The position numbers and the translations under genes are program-made. Shown in pieces: positions 47,302 to 60,100 of a DNA stretch of 64,000 bases (the first letter of the stretch is position 1; every line of letters starts with the position of its first letter). Under the pieces are notes generated by a model. It was not told the DNA's origin and searched no databases. It saw only the letters and a list, made by a program, of their open reading frames with translations. The DNA lies in the NCBI GenBank assembly GCA_030141605.1, contig JAQGDQ010000218.1, positions 62,001 through 126,000 of the forward strand, in the 5' to 3' direction. Origin of the DNA: Tubiluchus corallicola. Lineage: Eukaryota; Animalia; Priapulida.

Positions 47302-48995
47302 TCAAGATTTAAACGCATCAACAATGGATATAGTTGCAGCACTAATATTTGAGCTTGCTGTATCTGTTAAACATCTTTGTCGCCAGTTTTTAATGTCCTC
47401 TAAAGAATTCTGCATGTTCATCAGCGTGTCTTGACTATGACCCCGTTTGGCATTCGCAATAAGCAAGCTAACACAGTCTTCCAGTGCCAATAGACCAGGT
47501 TTCAGTGCCATACTGTTCAGCCAGTCCAAACTCTTTGTGATGTATTGGTACAGGAGACGTTTCTCGGGAGCATTGGGTATGGTCAGGAAATCTTCTAGCA
47601 TTTGGTCTCCTGTTAGTGAGCGGCTTTTGTACCTTAACAGAAAATCCTGTTGTGTTTTGGTTTCCCAGTCTTCTTCTAAACTTAAAGAGTACATCACCTT
47701 GCGATGATGGATGGCATGACATCGTCCTGGACATTCAGTACAATAACCACTCCAGTTGAAAATTGTACAGAAATAACAGCCAAGCAATGGTATAGCGCGA
47801 CAAGGTGCCACATGGCATCTCACCATACACTTATTGCAGTATGTTGAATATCTCTGGGATTTTGCTTGGTTAAGAAACTTTGAGGTTTTCCGTAGTAGTT
47901 TCCATACTATACTCATTTGACTTTGTTCGGCTTTGTAATCTTGTACAAGTTCTAGGCATTTCTGCAGCTGTACTTGGATGCCTATAATTGCACATTGCAG
48001 CTCCATCTGATGCAGCTTCACTTCTCGTGTTAGTTGAAGGCTTCTGGTTCTCATGTTTGCCAGAGTATTAAAGAACTTTTTGAAATTATTCATGTTGAGG
48101 CTCCAGAGAGCTTTATTAAAGTCTGAAGATGCTTCGTCCTTTCGCACAAACAAGTTTGAATTATTAAACTTATGAACTTCGCCAGTCCAATCTAGACCTT
48201 TATGTCTTCGAATCACATTTACCACAACAGGCTCGGTTGCATCAGCAAATGTGGTTAGCAAGAAAATATTGTTTATGACGTCTTTACCGAAAATAGGTAG
48301 GACTGCATCAAATATGTACTTCTGCACCGGGGTCAGACGAGTTTCAGACGCTTTAACCACAAAACATATGGCATCAACGTGCCCTAGTCCTCCAGAATCT
48401 TCCTTGTCTATAAGGAACTTTTCCAGAAGATTAGTGATATTGTGATCATAAGATATACCTCGATGGCCAAATCCTGGAATGTCAATCACAGTTAGTGTAT
48501 GATCCAACTGCCCAACATTTTGATACATGGTATAACAGGAAATGACATCTTTGTCCCTTTCAGATTCTGTCGGTACAAGTTTGTATCTATGGTCATCCAT
48601 CCAGGTAACGCCAGCTATGTAGTTCATCATGCCGTCTATAAGGGTACTTTTTCCAGAACCAGATTCACCAATCAGCAAAACAGTCTTGTTGTTGTTGCTG
48701 CGCATTGGAGAATTTAAACCACCATAGCTGTATTTATGTACGTAGTTAGAGCAAAATTCAGCATATAATGGCACTTGATATACCACTGGATCGTAAAATC
48801 CAGGTAGTAATCGGAAATCTACTGTTGGATAGTTGACGTCTTCGTCGTCACGACCGCCATGGCCATCTGATGATGTTGTAAGATCACCAATATAGACACT
48901 CGTAACATTTTGTGTGGATGCGTAGCTACTTTCTTGCGACTTGGGCTGTTGTTTGATGCCAAGTAGCGGCGTTCTCTCCGTGAGAGAAAAGTCTT
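47302..48995 (-). CDS. TRAFAC-class AIG1/septin-like P-loop GTPase with coiled coil and Cys/His-rich C-terminal domain; main exon
   Basis: GESGSGKST (G1), LTVIDIPGFG (G3), DAICFVVKAS, LTTFAD (G4), KFNNS, CxxCxxxCHxxxC...CxxCxxxC..HH; ctattgcag acceptor with AG at 48996-48997. Confidence 0.85.
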
Positions 48996-49072
48996 CTGCA
49001 ATAGAAACAAAATAGTTAAGAGATATAAAAAGGAAATAGAATAGATAGACAGACAGACAGACAGAGAAATAA

Positions 49073-50824
49073 GGCCCGAGATACACAAAAAGGCGTAAGG
49101 AGCAAGCCGTAATCCATAATCTGTAGATCATAAGGCGTCTTCCATCTTCCATAAGGCGTTTGACGTAAAAAGCCGCGGTATCCGCCTTGCTCTGTGTAAT
49201 TAGCAAGGCTTTTTCCATAATCCGTTTTTGGCGGGATGTGTGCATTAGTAATTTATTGCCGTAATTTATTAGTTTACCTGATTCAAAGTAAAACAACCTC
49301 TGGATCCGGTTGCTTTTTTCCATAATGCGGCGTATTAAAAATAATCAGAAACAAACAATTACTACAACAGGCAATGTGAACGTATTTCATAATAATATTG
49401 CAAAAAAATCAATAAAGATAATAAAAAATTGTTCAACCAGACCAGAATGTTCTTTCACTTATTTTACAAGCTATTGACACTGACAGCAGATCGCATAGCA
49501 CGAGGTTGGATAAATAACAAAGGAAGAAAGACTGTTAATTATGTTAATCATTATATTTCATGAAAAGGATGACTGGGATCATTCACTGCATTAAGACTTG
49601 TGCAAAGCCATCAAGACTGATCAAGTACACTAATAAAATTCATTGTTGCGATATGCATTAGCATCTTAGTACAGTAAACTGAAACCATACACATCAAGAG
49701 CCGAGCGGCTGGGTTGCCAAACATGTAATTGCAAATTTTATTCATGTAATTTTGCTCATTACTGACTCAGGTTTTCTCAAAAAATGTTTCATTATGTAAA
49801 TTACGACAATCCGCGTCTATCTAATTTTTTTTAGTAAAATGCCATATTTAAAAAATTGGTTTTTATTGTTTATTAGATTATTCTGTTATGAATAAATTTT
49901 ACGCTGTAACTGCATTAAGCACCGTAAAAACCACAAATATGTTCATTATTGCTCGTTAGCGCTGACCAAAAATGCCTTATGACAAATAAAATTAATGGTC
50001 AAATACATTTCGCAATAAGCTGCTCAAAACGGCTTGTGAGGAGTCTACTGCGGATTATTGCAAACGCCTTACGGTAGGCAAACCGCGGTAAGCGCAAGAC
50101 GGTAAATGGTCATGGATTATTTGTGTGACAGAGATCGCTGGTTTGCATATGTTCGTTTTTCATAAGTCATGTCATGAACTTGTAAAAAGTTTTTGGTTAT
50201 TTTTTGTTTGCTCTTAAAGTGTGTGAGTTTTTGTATCTAAAGGAAGTTCACGAAAAACATATTATTAGTATTTTGTTGATCTTCACTGTAGTCCTAGCTA
50301 TAGATAAATAAAAGCAAAGAACGAATGATTAAAACGTCATGATGCAATTACTTATTTACAACAATTGTGCAATGTTAGGCGACATGTTGAAATACAGTAA
50401 TAAGCGTGTTAAGACGTCATATTGAGTTACAGAGATAAATGTTAGTACTAATTTGTCAGTTTATCTGTCCACAGTTTTGTACTATATAAGCACTCTCTAA
50501 AACTTGTTCCAACCATTTCACGCGCCAGATAGGTTTTTACCAAGGATCTACTTCCTGCCTACACTCTTATACTACCATACGCATTTAGATAATTACGTAT
50601 AGTTAATGAAGCGATGACAGCAGTGCTTCACTTGGCTTTAAAGTTATTCATTACAATTAAGTTACAGAAGTTTACGTTCCTACTATACATGAATACTTCT
50701 TAACTAGTTTTAAGTAGAATAATATACAATAATTGTCTAATCGGAAAGATGTTTCCACAAGGCGGTTTTTTCTCCTCACGGCTTATGCCTTACGGATTAT
50801 GTAAAGCTCTGTCTGACATGGGCC
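49073..50824. mobile_element. Possible non-autonomous PIF/Harbinger-like element in the GTPase intron
   Basis: TAA-GGCCC...GGGCC-TAA ends, 10/15 TIR identity; (C)ATAATCCG-like motifs direct on the left side and inverted on the right. Confidence 0.45.
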
Positions 50825-50925
50825 TAAGAGAGAGATACAAAAAGAAAAAGAAGAAAAACAAAACGCGTGAGAGAGAAAAGAAACTGTGTGAAGGAAACAC
50901 ATAGTGAAAAGTCCGAGGTACATAC

Positions 50926-50944
50926 TGTTAGAATGCTTCCTCAT
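50926..50944 (-). CDS. Candidate first coding exon of the GTPase gene (MRKHSN-K)
   Basis: 50-nt exon 50975-50926 between an attcag acceptor and a gtatgt donor; ATG at 50944 gives phase 1, matching the main exon. Confidence 0.35.
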
Positions 50945-52746
50945 GTTGTGAAATCATCATCATGTTGCAGGAATTCTGAATTTAAACAAAAAAAACACGT
51001 TAACAAGAAATTTTCAGTATTCATGTCATAAAGTTTACACTAGCTGTTATTTTGAACAGCTGAATTAATAATTTCTTATTTGTGTATCCACATGTATATA
51101 AGTACGCCTTTCACTCCTTTGTTTTAATGGAATTTTTTTTAGTTTCCACATATTGAAAAATTACTAGATTCACGAATATGAAGAACACTTAGATCCATCC
51201 CACTTGTCGTGTTATGCATTGGATACACTGGTCTGGATATAATCACAGGCTCGTAAGACGCAATTACTTCGAAACACTCCACTATAGAAGCAGCAAAATT
51301 TCCATTATATATATAACTAAGAGCAAATTAAAAACAGACTGACAAATGAGCGTACAAAAATGTATAAAACAAACACCAACGTAAGGTTCATACGTCATAA
51401 ATCATTTTGAAAATTTGCCAATATTATGTAGGTAAGCAAATTTTCTTCTAAAGGTGCTCTACATACCATAAATGCTTGTGACACTTGTAGCACTATTTAA
51501 CTTCACCCGTGAGCGTACCTCCAAAGTTTCCTTTTAATTTTTAATGCTTTCAAAGCACGAAGATATTTCAGTTTTCAGGTCCATCTCACTGTCCTTCTGC
51601 ACTGGGAAAATTCACAACGCTCCCTCGCAGTGCTTAGATGTTTAAGAAGGATAAAAGTCTTTTTACTGAGGTCATGGACACGGTACAGAGAGGTATTTAG
51701 TTACGTCTTTTATATACACTTAAGCTAACAAACGTATAATTACGATCACTGTATATTACGAAAGACATTGCTAATTCAAAATACAAACCTGTATGGAAAA
51801 AAGCGTTGCGCGAAGTCTAGTTCCTAAACTGGTTTTATAAACACGTCCGGTTCGCAATGTAAGCATTACACGGTAAAAAATAATAGTACACCGCACCTCT
51901 ATTTCATGAGGCGGTTTTGGAGCGTGGCCAAGTTATGGAGCAGACGTTCAGGTAAAGGTAATTTTATCTCTAAGAGCTAAATTTGTTAACAGTGCAAAGG
52001 TTGGTAAATCGTTGAATATGCTTGCAATTTGTTTACATTCTTTGGGGAACGTTAAAACTGCCTTCTGACGTACCATGCACTTTTCAAATTGTGTCTGCTA
52101 AAAAACTGTAGGCCCCCATTGCAGAATTAATAATTGCTAAAGATTCATATAATTATCTTGAAAGTCGTAACGTCAGTTATTATTAACTCAATATTAGTTT
52201 TTGTAGATGGCGACACAATAGTTCTACAAAGTTTAGAATACAGTCTGACCTTGTGATGCACTGAGAAAAACGTGTAGCGCTATCTATTGATATAAAAAGT
52301 ATCGAGTACTACGTTAAATTTCAAACATTATGGAACTCGCTCCAACAGTTAATCTATAAAAACAAAAAAGATATAAAATGACTCCACTTCTATAAATAAG
52401 TTTCTTGCTCACTAAGTACCTTCACGTGTCGTTGTAAACACTCTACCTTTGTACTGTCAAATAAAGGTTATCTTCTCAATACAATACCCGCTCGAATAAT
52501 TGGCAAATACGTCAAGTAGGTCACTGTTGTATAAGTAAATATAATGCAGGCCAAAAATGCAGGCGTCACGCACCGAACCACAGGTCAAGACTAACTTCGT
52601 TGTACTTTAAATATCACCAACAGAAACGTAAGATCATTTTCAAGTTAGTAAATAAAAGAGAAATTTTGTGACTGACCCATCATCTGGCTCATCATCATAA
52701 TCTGATTGACTAACAAATCAATACGTACACATATACACACAAATTT

Positions 52747-52755
52747 TATATATAC

Positions 52756-52842
<87 letters not shown>
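52747..52842. repeat. Compound (TACA)n(TA)n(GA)n microsatellite
   Basis: Direct reading. Confidence 0.95.
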
Positions 52843-52847
<5 letters not shown>

Positions 52848-55800
52848 ATCGGTGGTGAATAAATGAAAGAATAATTTCATCGCCTGTTTTGAAGGAGTTA
52901 GCATTTATTGCATATGTCCATTCTAATATCAGTTCATTTAAAATGGCTAAAGAGGTGTTGATAAAGGCAGCAGCAAAATACGCATTTCTAAGCAAATTTT
53001 GCATGTACTAAAGTTAATAGTATTAGTCAAGTATTTTATTTAAGTAAATGATGTTATTACGTTCACGTTTTCTTGAAGTATCCGCATGATATCCCACATT
53101 GCAAAGAAAATTATATTTTTATTCCCTGTCGCATTCAATAACGTGCACTACACAATACGAATCCTGAATTATATAGCGTCATTATAACGCTGTGTGACTC
53201 CACAGCATACTTTTAACAGACTGATTATTGAATTTTACGTCAATTCCGAGAAAAATAAAGTTATTCGACACGAATTTAGCCTTCATTACGCATGCAATCA
53301 GTACGCGTACAGTTCTGAAATAGATGCCGGCTTTACATTCATTTTATCCAAATTCTACATTTAAATGCAATAAAATTGTGCGTAAATCATGCCACGGTTG
53401 GAAATGGAAAGAGATTTGTTTTGCTGATTTTGCTGTAAATAAATTTAAGCAGCAAAAGTGCACTATGGACCCTCGTCTACATTATTTATGGGATTCATAT
53501 TAGCTATTAGTACCTGCAGCCACGGGCGAGCTTCCTAAGCACATACGATAACATATTATTGACAGGTTTAGTGCATATTTTTAATTAGTTCCACTAACTA
53601 ACCTTACAATGATTAACAAAGGAGCGGTTTTCACCGAAAATGTTTGATTATAAACGAATGTGTTTTATTTCCTCGAATGAATCCTTTCCGTACATTATGT
53701 GACCACTGATCTTGTTTGAAGCGGTTTATAAACAAAAATACTATTTTTAACCTTAGTACAACCTAAGACAGATAGAAATACGTAGAAACTGACTAATAGT
53801 TAGTCTGTCGCTTGTTAGTCTGAAGTGACTGTTGCTTGGAAAAAATAACCTGGAAGATACTGAAAACGTGAAATTTAAAGATTTTGCTATAAAAGTAATT
53901 GAGAACACTGACCAGGTGATTGTCTAATGGGACGTTGAACGACAAATTGGACTGCAGACTGAATGCAAAATCGATGCAGTTCCATTCTGTTGCTGTAAAA
54001 TTTCAGATTTATCTATGCCATTTTGGTGACCATTGTTTACAAAGTCAGTGTGTCTATAAAGTAAGAAAAATCTAAAAATCACTGAGTTCACTGAATGTAG
54101 TCACTTCAAATTCGAAATGGGCTTGCGTCTGAGTAAGATGGATGAAGCAACATTATTACTAGCTTTTTCCAGATACCGGCGCTTGGTACAACGCTAAGGT
54201 CGTAGGTACCGGCGTTTGGTACAATGCTTGGTCTGTTCTAAGAGTACCCTCCCATGTTTTCTCAAATTGGCTTAATTAGGACTAAGTGTATCGCGTCAGT
54301 CTAGTAAATTTCCATACTCACATGACGTTAATCATGTCACGCTGCATAGTAGTTATTAGCTTTAGCCCTTCTGGCAAAAAGACTCTAAGTAAAGGAATAG
54401 TTGTCACAGTAAAATCAATAACAGCAGGTTCTAAAAAGATGTGTCTTAAGAAAGTGGTCCTGGCTTCTAATATCAGCTAAGGAGGATATGTTCAAAAGAA
54501 ATGGTGTCAGGTCAGTATGTTGAAAAGACTTGAACACCCTTAACAAGATTTAATTTTATTTTGGGTACATTGTTGATGCCTAGTTATGGGCACATTTAAA
54601 AACGATGATTAAAGCTTTGGAACAGAATCGTGACGAATTGACAGTTAGCGCATCACGTTTTATGTCGTTTTTTTCCGAAATTACAAACGAAAGACATTAC
54701 TTTGGACGTCTTAGATGTTTTGTTATAAAGAGGACAAAGTGCAAGTACCTGCTAAAAGTATACTATTTCTTCTAATCTTGACGGAATGAAAACTGACCAA
54801 CTGAAAACTATAAGGCTGTTTTGCCAGCATACCTAAACATCTAAAAGGTTGGAATTCCACCTCTAATATTTCTCATTAAACATAATAATAGCTTTTTTGC
54901 AATTATATGTACCATTTAAAGGACAGTTATTTGTATTTTTGAATTAACTGCATGAGTTGTTGTACGATCAAACCAATTATTTGTGTAATTGCAATTTCGA
55001 TTTACATTTTCTTTGCAGCATTACACATAGTGGAAATACTTGTGCGGTGATCAGTCATGCAGGTGCTGTGTTGTAAATCTACCCAAGATATATATGACAT
55101 ATTTTAAAAGATATGTGTATGAATATGTAAATACTATACATATATCTGTACATAATATGTTTGTTTATAAGATTTTTGGAATACATGTAACCATAATCTT
55201 TACAAAGTGAGTTTAGAAGTTCTCACTTTGTGACAAAAAAACCGAGTTAATCATGATTCTTATTTTTAGCTAGAGTCAGAGATTCTAATCACTGTGGTAA
55301 GTGGTCTAGCGCATGGCTTTGAAATTCTCTGTAACTGTAAATCCATAGCAGCAAGATGACAAATGTTTGCGCACTTCGATCGTCATTAGACGCATTGTGT
55401 TGAGTTTTTCATGCCGCCGCACCTGTCGTCTGGAAATTAGCTAATCTCAAGCATAACATTATCCGCGCATTCAGAAAACACAACTGAACAACTAAACATA
55501 AACTGCCAAATCAATGAACTGAGAACGTAGATTGCGACGGCTGGTGATGACGCTCGATTTATCACTATGGCAAATCGACGGCGGTGCCCATCTAGATGCG
55601 CTAGCCTTAACTGAATGCTTCACTGGGTACGCTTGGGTTAGTTGGCTGGCTGCTGGGTGAGCGCAGAAACGCCGTGAAGCCATCCAAGTATGTAACAACT
55701 ACATTATCAGGAAGCCTTAAATATGCATTTAATAAATGGAAAACCCGCATGCCTGCAGTGAACGCTAATCGTGATTATTAGCTGTGAACGGACAACAACG

Positions 55801-56280
55801 TCATTATAATAGCAGCATACCAGCAACCGAGCAATATTTTTGACATTTTCGCTGGATTTTAGTTTCAAGTTTAATATTCCGTCTATGCCTTTTCTGATTA
55901 CAGTTGTCTTGGTTTATTGTTTCAAAATAATGACTTTGGCTTAATTTCGTAAAATATTTGACTGAAATATAACTACTTGGTCTAGAATTATCGCTATGAA
56001 AATCTGACTGTAATAAATTGTGGTGTTTTAGATTTGTAACATAATAAGCTTGTCTTCGGGTAGTGCTTCAGTACGAGACTTGTTATCAAACGGATTCAAA
56101 TCTTTAACACGGTACAAAGGGTGCTCCTTGGAACGATTCGATTTGTGCCTTTGGCAATGGCGATTCAATTCATTACCTCAACCAGCTCAGCGGTGATTGA
56201 TGAGGTATAAATTGATTGAGACGTGCATGGCTTCCTTCTTTACGTCACAACTCTAGCAATTTTTTTTAATTTTGAGTCGC

Positions 56281-57138
56281 ATGTGTTCAACTGGTAAAGA
56301 AGATATAATTTCAAGCGACATGACCACAGCAAACGGAAGCCCAGATTTTCCTGCTATCATAGAGTTAAATGTCGGAGGAGTTTTCTACACGACCTCTCTA
56401 GCTACTCTTTGCAAAGATGAAGAATCTTTTTTGTGCAGCATGTTTACGGGCAAGGCAAAACCGCCTCTTCGCGATTCAAAGGGAAAGTATTTCGTGGACA
56501 GGGATGGAGTTCTATTCAGATACGTGCTGGACTTTCTTCGCAATCAGAGACTTATTTTACCAGAGAACTTTCACGAGAAAGAACGACTAAGAACTGAAGC
56601 AGAGTTTTATAATCTGTCAAAGATGATCGAGTGCATTGACAAAGCGGAAGTGGTGCACACAGCTCCCCCACATGGCCGGGTTAGTAACGTAGTCATGCAA
56701 AACAATCAAAAAGAATCTTCAAAACGAATAAGTGGTTTCATCACAGTGGCCTACCGGGGAACATTTGCTTTTGGACGTGATGGGCTAGCGGATGTAAAAT
56801 TCCGGAAGTTATCTCGAATTCTAGTATGTGGTCGCGTTACTCTGTGTAGAGAGGTCTTTGGGGAAACGCTCAATGAATCCAGGGATCCGGATCGTGGCAT
56901 GTCTGACAGGTACACCGGGCGTTTTTTTCTCAAGCACAGTTTTCTTGAGCAAGCGTTTGATATGCTAGCCGAACACGGCTTTATTCTTTTAACCGGATGT
57001 GCCAGTGGCACGAGCGGAGCAGGTCAAATCGACTCAAGTTCCGGTAAGAATACTGTCTCTTCCGGTTTAGGAGGCGGCGCTGATTCCGAGGAGAGCCGAT
57101 GGAATCACTATAATGAATTCGTCTTCTATCGAGATTGA
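56281..57138 (+). CDS. BTB/POZ (T1) plus H1 domain protein of the KCTD8/12/16 family (GABA-B receptor auxiliary subunit family), intronless CDS
   Basis: IELNVGG, YFVDRDGVLFRYVLDFLR, GFITVAYRG, KFRKLSRILVCG, EVFGETLNESRDPDR, YTGRFFLKHSFLEQAFD, WNHYNEFVFYR; first ATG at 56281 (alternative at 56320). Confidence 0.95.
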   Translation: MCSTGKEDIISSDMTTANGSPDFPAIIELNVGGVFYTTSLATLCKDEESFLCSMFTGKAKPPLRDSKGKYFVDRDGVLFRYVLDFLRNQRLILPENFHEKERLRTEAEFYNLSKMIECIDKAEVVHTAPPHGRVSNVVMQNNQKESSKRISGFITVAYRGTFAFGRDGLADVKFRKLSRILVCGRVTLCREVFGETLNESRDPDRGMSDRYTGRFFLKHSFLEQAFDMLAEHGFILLTGCASGTSGAGQIDSSSGKNTVSSGLGGGADSEESRWNHYNEFVFYRD

Positions 57139-60100
57139 TGAATTTCTTGAAAGATTTTTCAGTGCAATTTCAGATTCGATATTTCAGTACTGCAGACTTG
57201 TATTGACCTTTCGTGTTCATTTCTTTTGAACAAAAGTCTTGACGAGTCGCGTGCAGTTCAAAATGTCTGCGCTATTTCGTTGTGTAATGTCAAATTTGCA
57301 TGGGTTATATAATTCAGTAAATGTCATTCAACGAGAAAACGTCTATTTATAGAATCAGAGATGCCATTTAGGAATGCTGTACAACGACAGATTTTGTTAT
57401 ATTTTATCTGACCAATGTTTATTTATCGTTTATCGTATATATTAATTTTATTAGTAATTAATTTTACTTACGAAAGGAAGTGCCGATAATGTCCTATTCT
57501 GTGAAACTGCGAAAAGTTCACCAGTTTTCTATGCTGAGATCACCTACACGACAATGCATGAACTACATGCACAGACACCAGCATGAAAAGTAATGATAGG
57601 TGTTTCATGGAGAGTGTTTTTTTAATTTTTTCTTCAGTTGAAATTTTTTTTTAAAATTTAGTCTATAAGGTAAACATTTTATTTTCATTATTCTTCACAT
57701 CGTAAATAGGCGTCTCTTGTTTCGTCGCTGCAGTAATATTTTTGTGATAATTAGCAGATTGAAAATTTATTCTTGTAAGTATGGATGATCCCGATCTACA
57801 CAACTGTCAATATGTTTGAAAATGTTTTTGCCATATTTGTTATTGCCCGTTTTGTGTTTAGTATGGCTGTCAATGAATTAGCAAAAAAGAATCACAAGGA
57901 AATCTTGTCCTGTTCTTCAGGTTTAGTTTTCACGAAACTTATCCACAACAATGTTTGACATAGTAAAGTCCGTACAATTCTGTTGTACAGAACTGTAAAG
58001 GACAGATCTAGAAGTAGAAGTACCTCGAAGGTTTGTTACTGGAAGTAATCAAGCCTGACACAAGAATAAATGTTTATTACTCTTACGTGATAGAGAAAAC
58101 TAAGTAACCTTGTTCCTTGTTCAGGCTTAATGTCTCCTAATTTGTTTATGAACGATATTACTATTCTGTGAATCACCTTACTAATCTTACTGTATGAATG
58201 ACTCAGGTGTTGTAGTGGTAACAAGCATTCTATAAATAAATAATGAAAATTGTCCACCTGGTGGTAACATCTCTCAGTATATCAATATGAGATCTGAAGC
58301 GTTAAAATAACATTTTTTTAAAAAACTTCCATTGCGGGGGAACCTCATTATATCAAGATGGAGAAGATGGAACTTACCGCAAGAAGGTTTTAAAACCTTG
58401 ATAATGTGTCGACCAGTGTTACCTTAAAAATAGGCAAAAAGACGGATATTGTAACTTTGTAAATCGGTTTGGATGAGCTGCTCTTTTGTAAACTATTTCA
58501 TGACATCAAAAACTGAAATTATAATGTTGTAGCATTAACTATGATGGAAATATCACACTTATGAGATATACCGGAGCTTGATGGCTTAAATGTGCAGAAT
58601 CATAGCTTTGAGGTGCACAACGTAAGTGCAAAAATGTGAAATCTAGGAATTTGTTTTACAAATGCACGTAAATCATATGTAGACTATGTAGTTGTACACC
58701 GTTAAGCTTTATACTGGGCTACTTGCAGTGCACCTAATTTAAGATTTAAAAGGAAAAGTGAAAAACTCTAAAGTGCCACCAAAACTGGTGTCAGGGTGAG
58801 CCTAAAAATAGTTTTCACTGAAAAGCGCGATGTTTTAAAACTTAACTGAACAGTCAACACATATTGACTGTTGTTGTGTAAATAAGTCACCTTAGTGCGC
58901 TGCTCATTACGCTGCAGCTAGTGTATGTGTTGCTTTAAAGTTATCTTTAAGAGGCTTTGAGCATTGAGCTTTAGAACAACAAACACACTATGGTTAGAAT
59001 TATTCATTCTGAAAGCATCTCTTAAGATGGTTTTAGAATAACACTATGGCCGTTACCTACCATCTTGCCCACCTAATAGGCAGCCATAAGGCGGTTTTAA
59101 TTGAAAAACAACAGTCAATACGTGTTCAGTTATAAAATAAAACGTTCCGCTTTTTGGTTAAACCAACTTTTGATGTTAAACTTTTTGATGTTTTCGTGAA
59201 TGTCCATGGATGTCCATGAATTTCTTCCATTATCAGAAAATCTTAGACACCATTTTGTTTTGTTGCTTTTAATTGATTAGAATTTTCTGTTTTTTACTTA
59301 TTTAAAAAAGCATTACAATTATACATTACCTATCTTTCTATAACTGATACATGACAGCTATGGCTTACTGGGTAAGATATTCTAATTTAACTAGTCAGAA
59401 AAGCAAGATGTGATTCATCTCATTGTAAAAATTGATGTGTTTGTATTCTATTCACCGTCACCAAAAACATTTGCAAAATTAGTAAAATCGTACAGAAGCT
59501 GTATCATTGTTACCTCTGCCGCTAGTCTCGCGTTAACATTACCTGTTTAACTCTTTTCTCTTTCTTCGTTTTGTGTTTAGAATGAGAGGAAAGCTAACTG
59601 CGTTATTTCCTGGATAATTTCTATTGTAGCAAAAAGTACTTTACATAATAATTTGTGTAACTTATTCATTTTTATCGAAACTTAGTAACCTGTTGAAGCG
59701 CAGTCATACAGTTCAGTTCATTCACGGCCATTGCTATTCGTTGCTTTGGGTGCTCTATTGAATCAACGGCAAGCCGACTCGAACGGCACATAAAACTTTT
59801 TCGAATCAATGGCTACCATTTTCCCAGCGGAAGCCACTGGCAAGCTTTATTATACTTATACATAATTAACTTCCACAGTCTAACATTGTTCACTACTGCT
59901 ATGCAGGGTCGATAATGCTGCGTTTGTATAGGTATAGTAAATTAAGGTTAGAACTGAATACGTGCCTCACAATTACATCCTCGAAGCTGCAGCATTACAT
60001 AGATGAAGTCCCAGGGCTGTGGCTCCTTTGCTCCCTCGTCTGTTTGTTTAGTGACTAAGCTCAGACATACTGAAGCTGCTTTATAGTATGCATTCTGCAA

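Noticed and set aside
48996-49323. First ~109 aa of the 673-aa ORF as the true GTPase N-terminus
   Set aside because: Lies upstream of a strong acceptor and is made of a polypyrimidine tract, a microsatellite and probable TE sequence
52645-53004. 119-aa ORF, and the similar 20861-21049 and 62230-62430 ORFs
   Set aside because: Translations of microsatellites
54174-54230. 22-bp direct repeat pair; other short duplications near 5305-5341 and 18514-18577
   Set aside because: Only two units each, consistent with slippage or TE-internal repeats; not CRISPR-like
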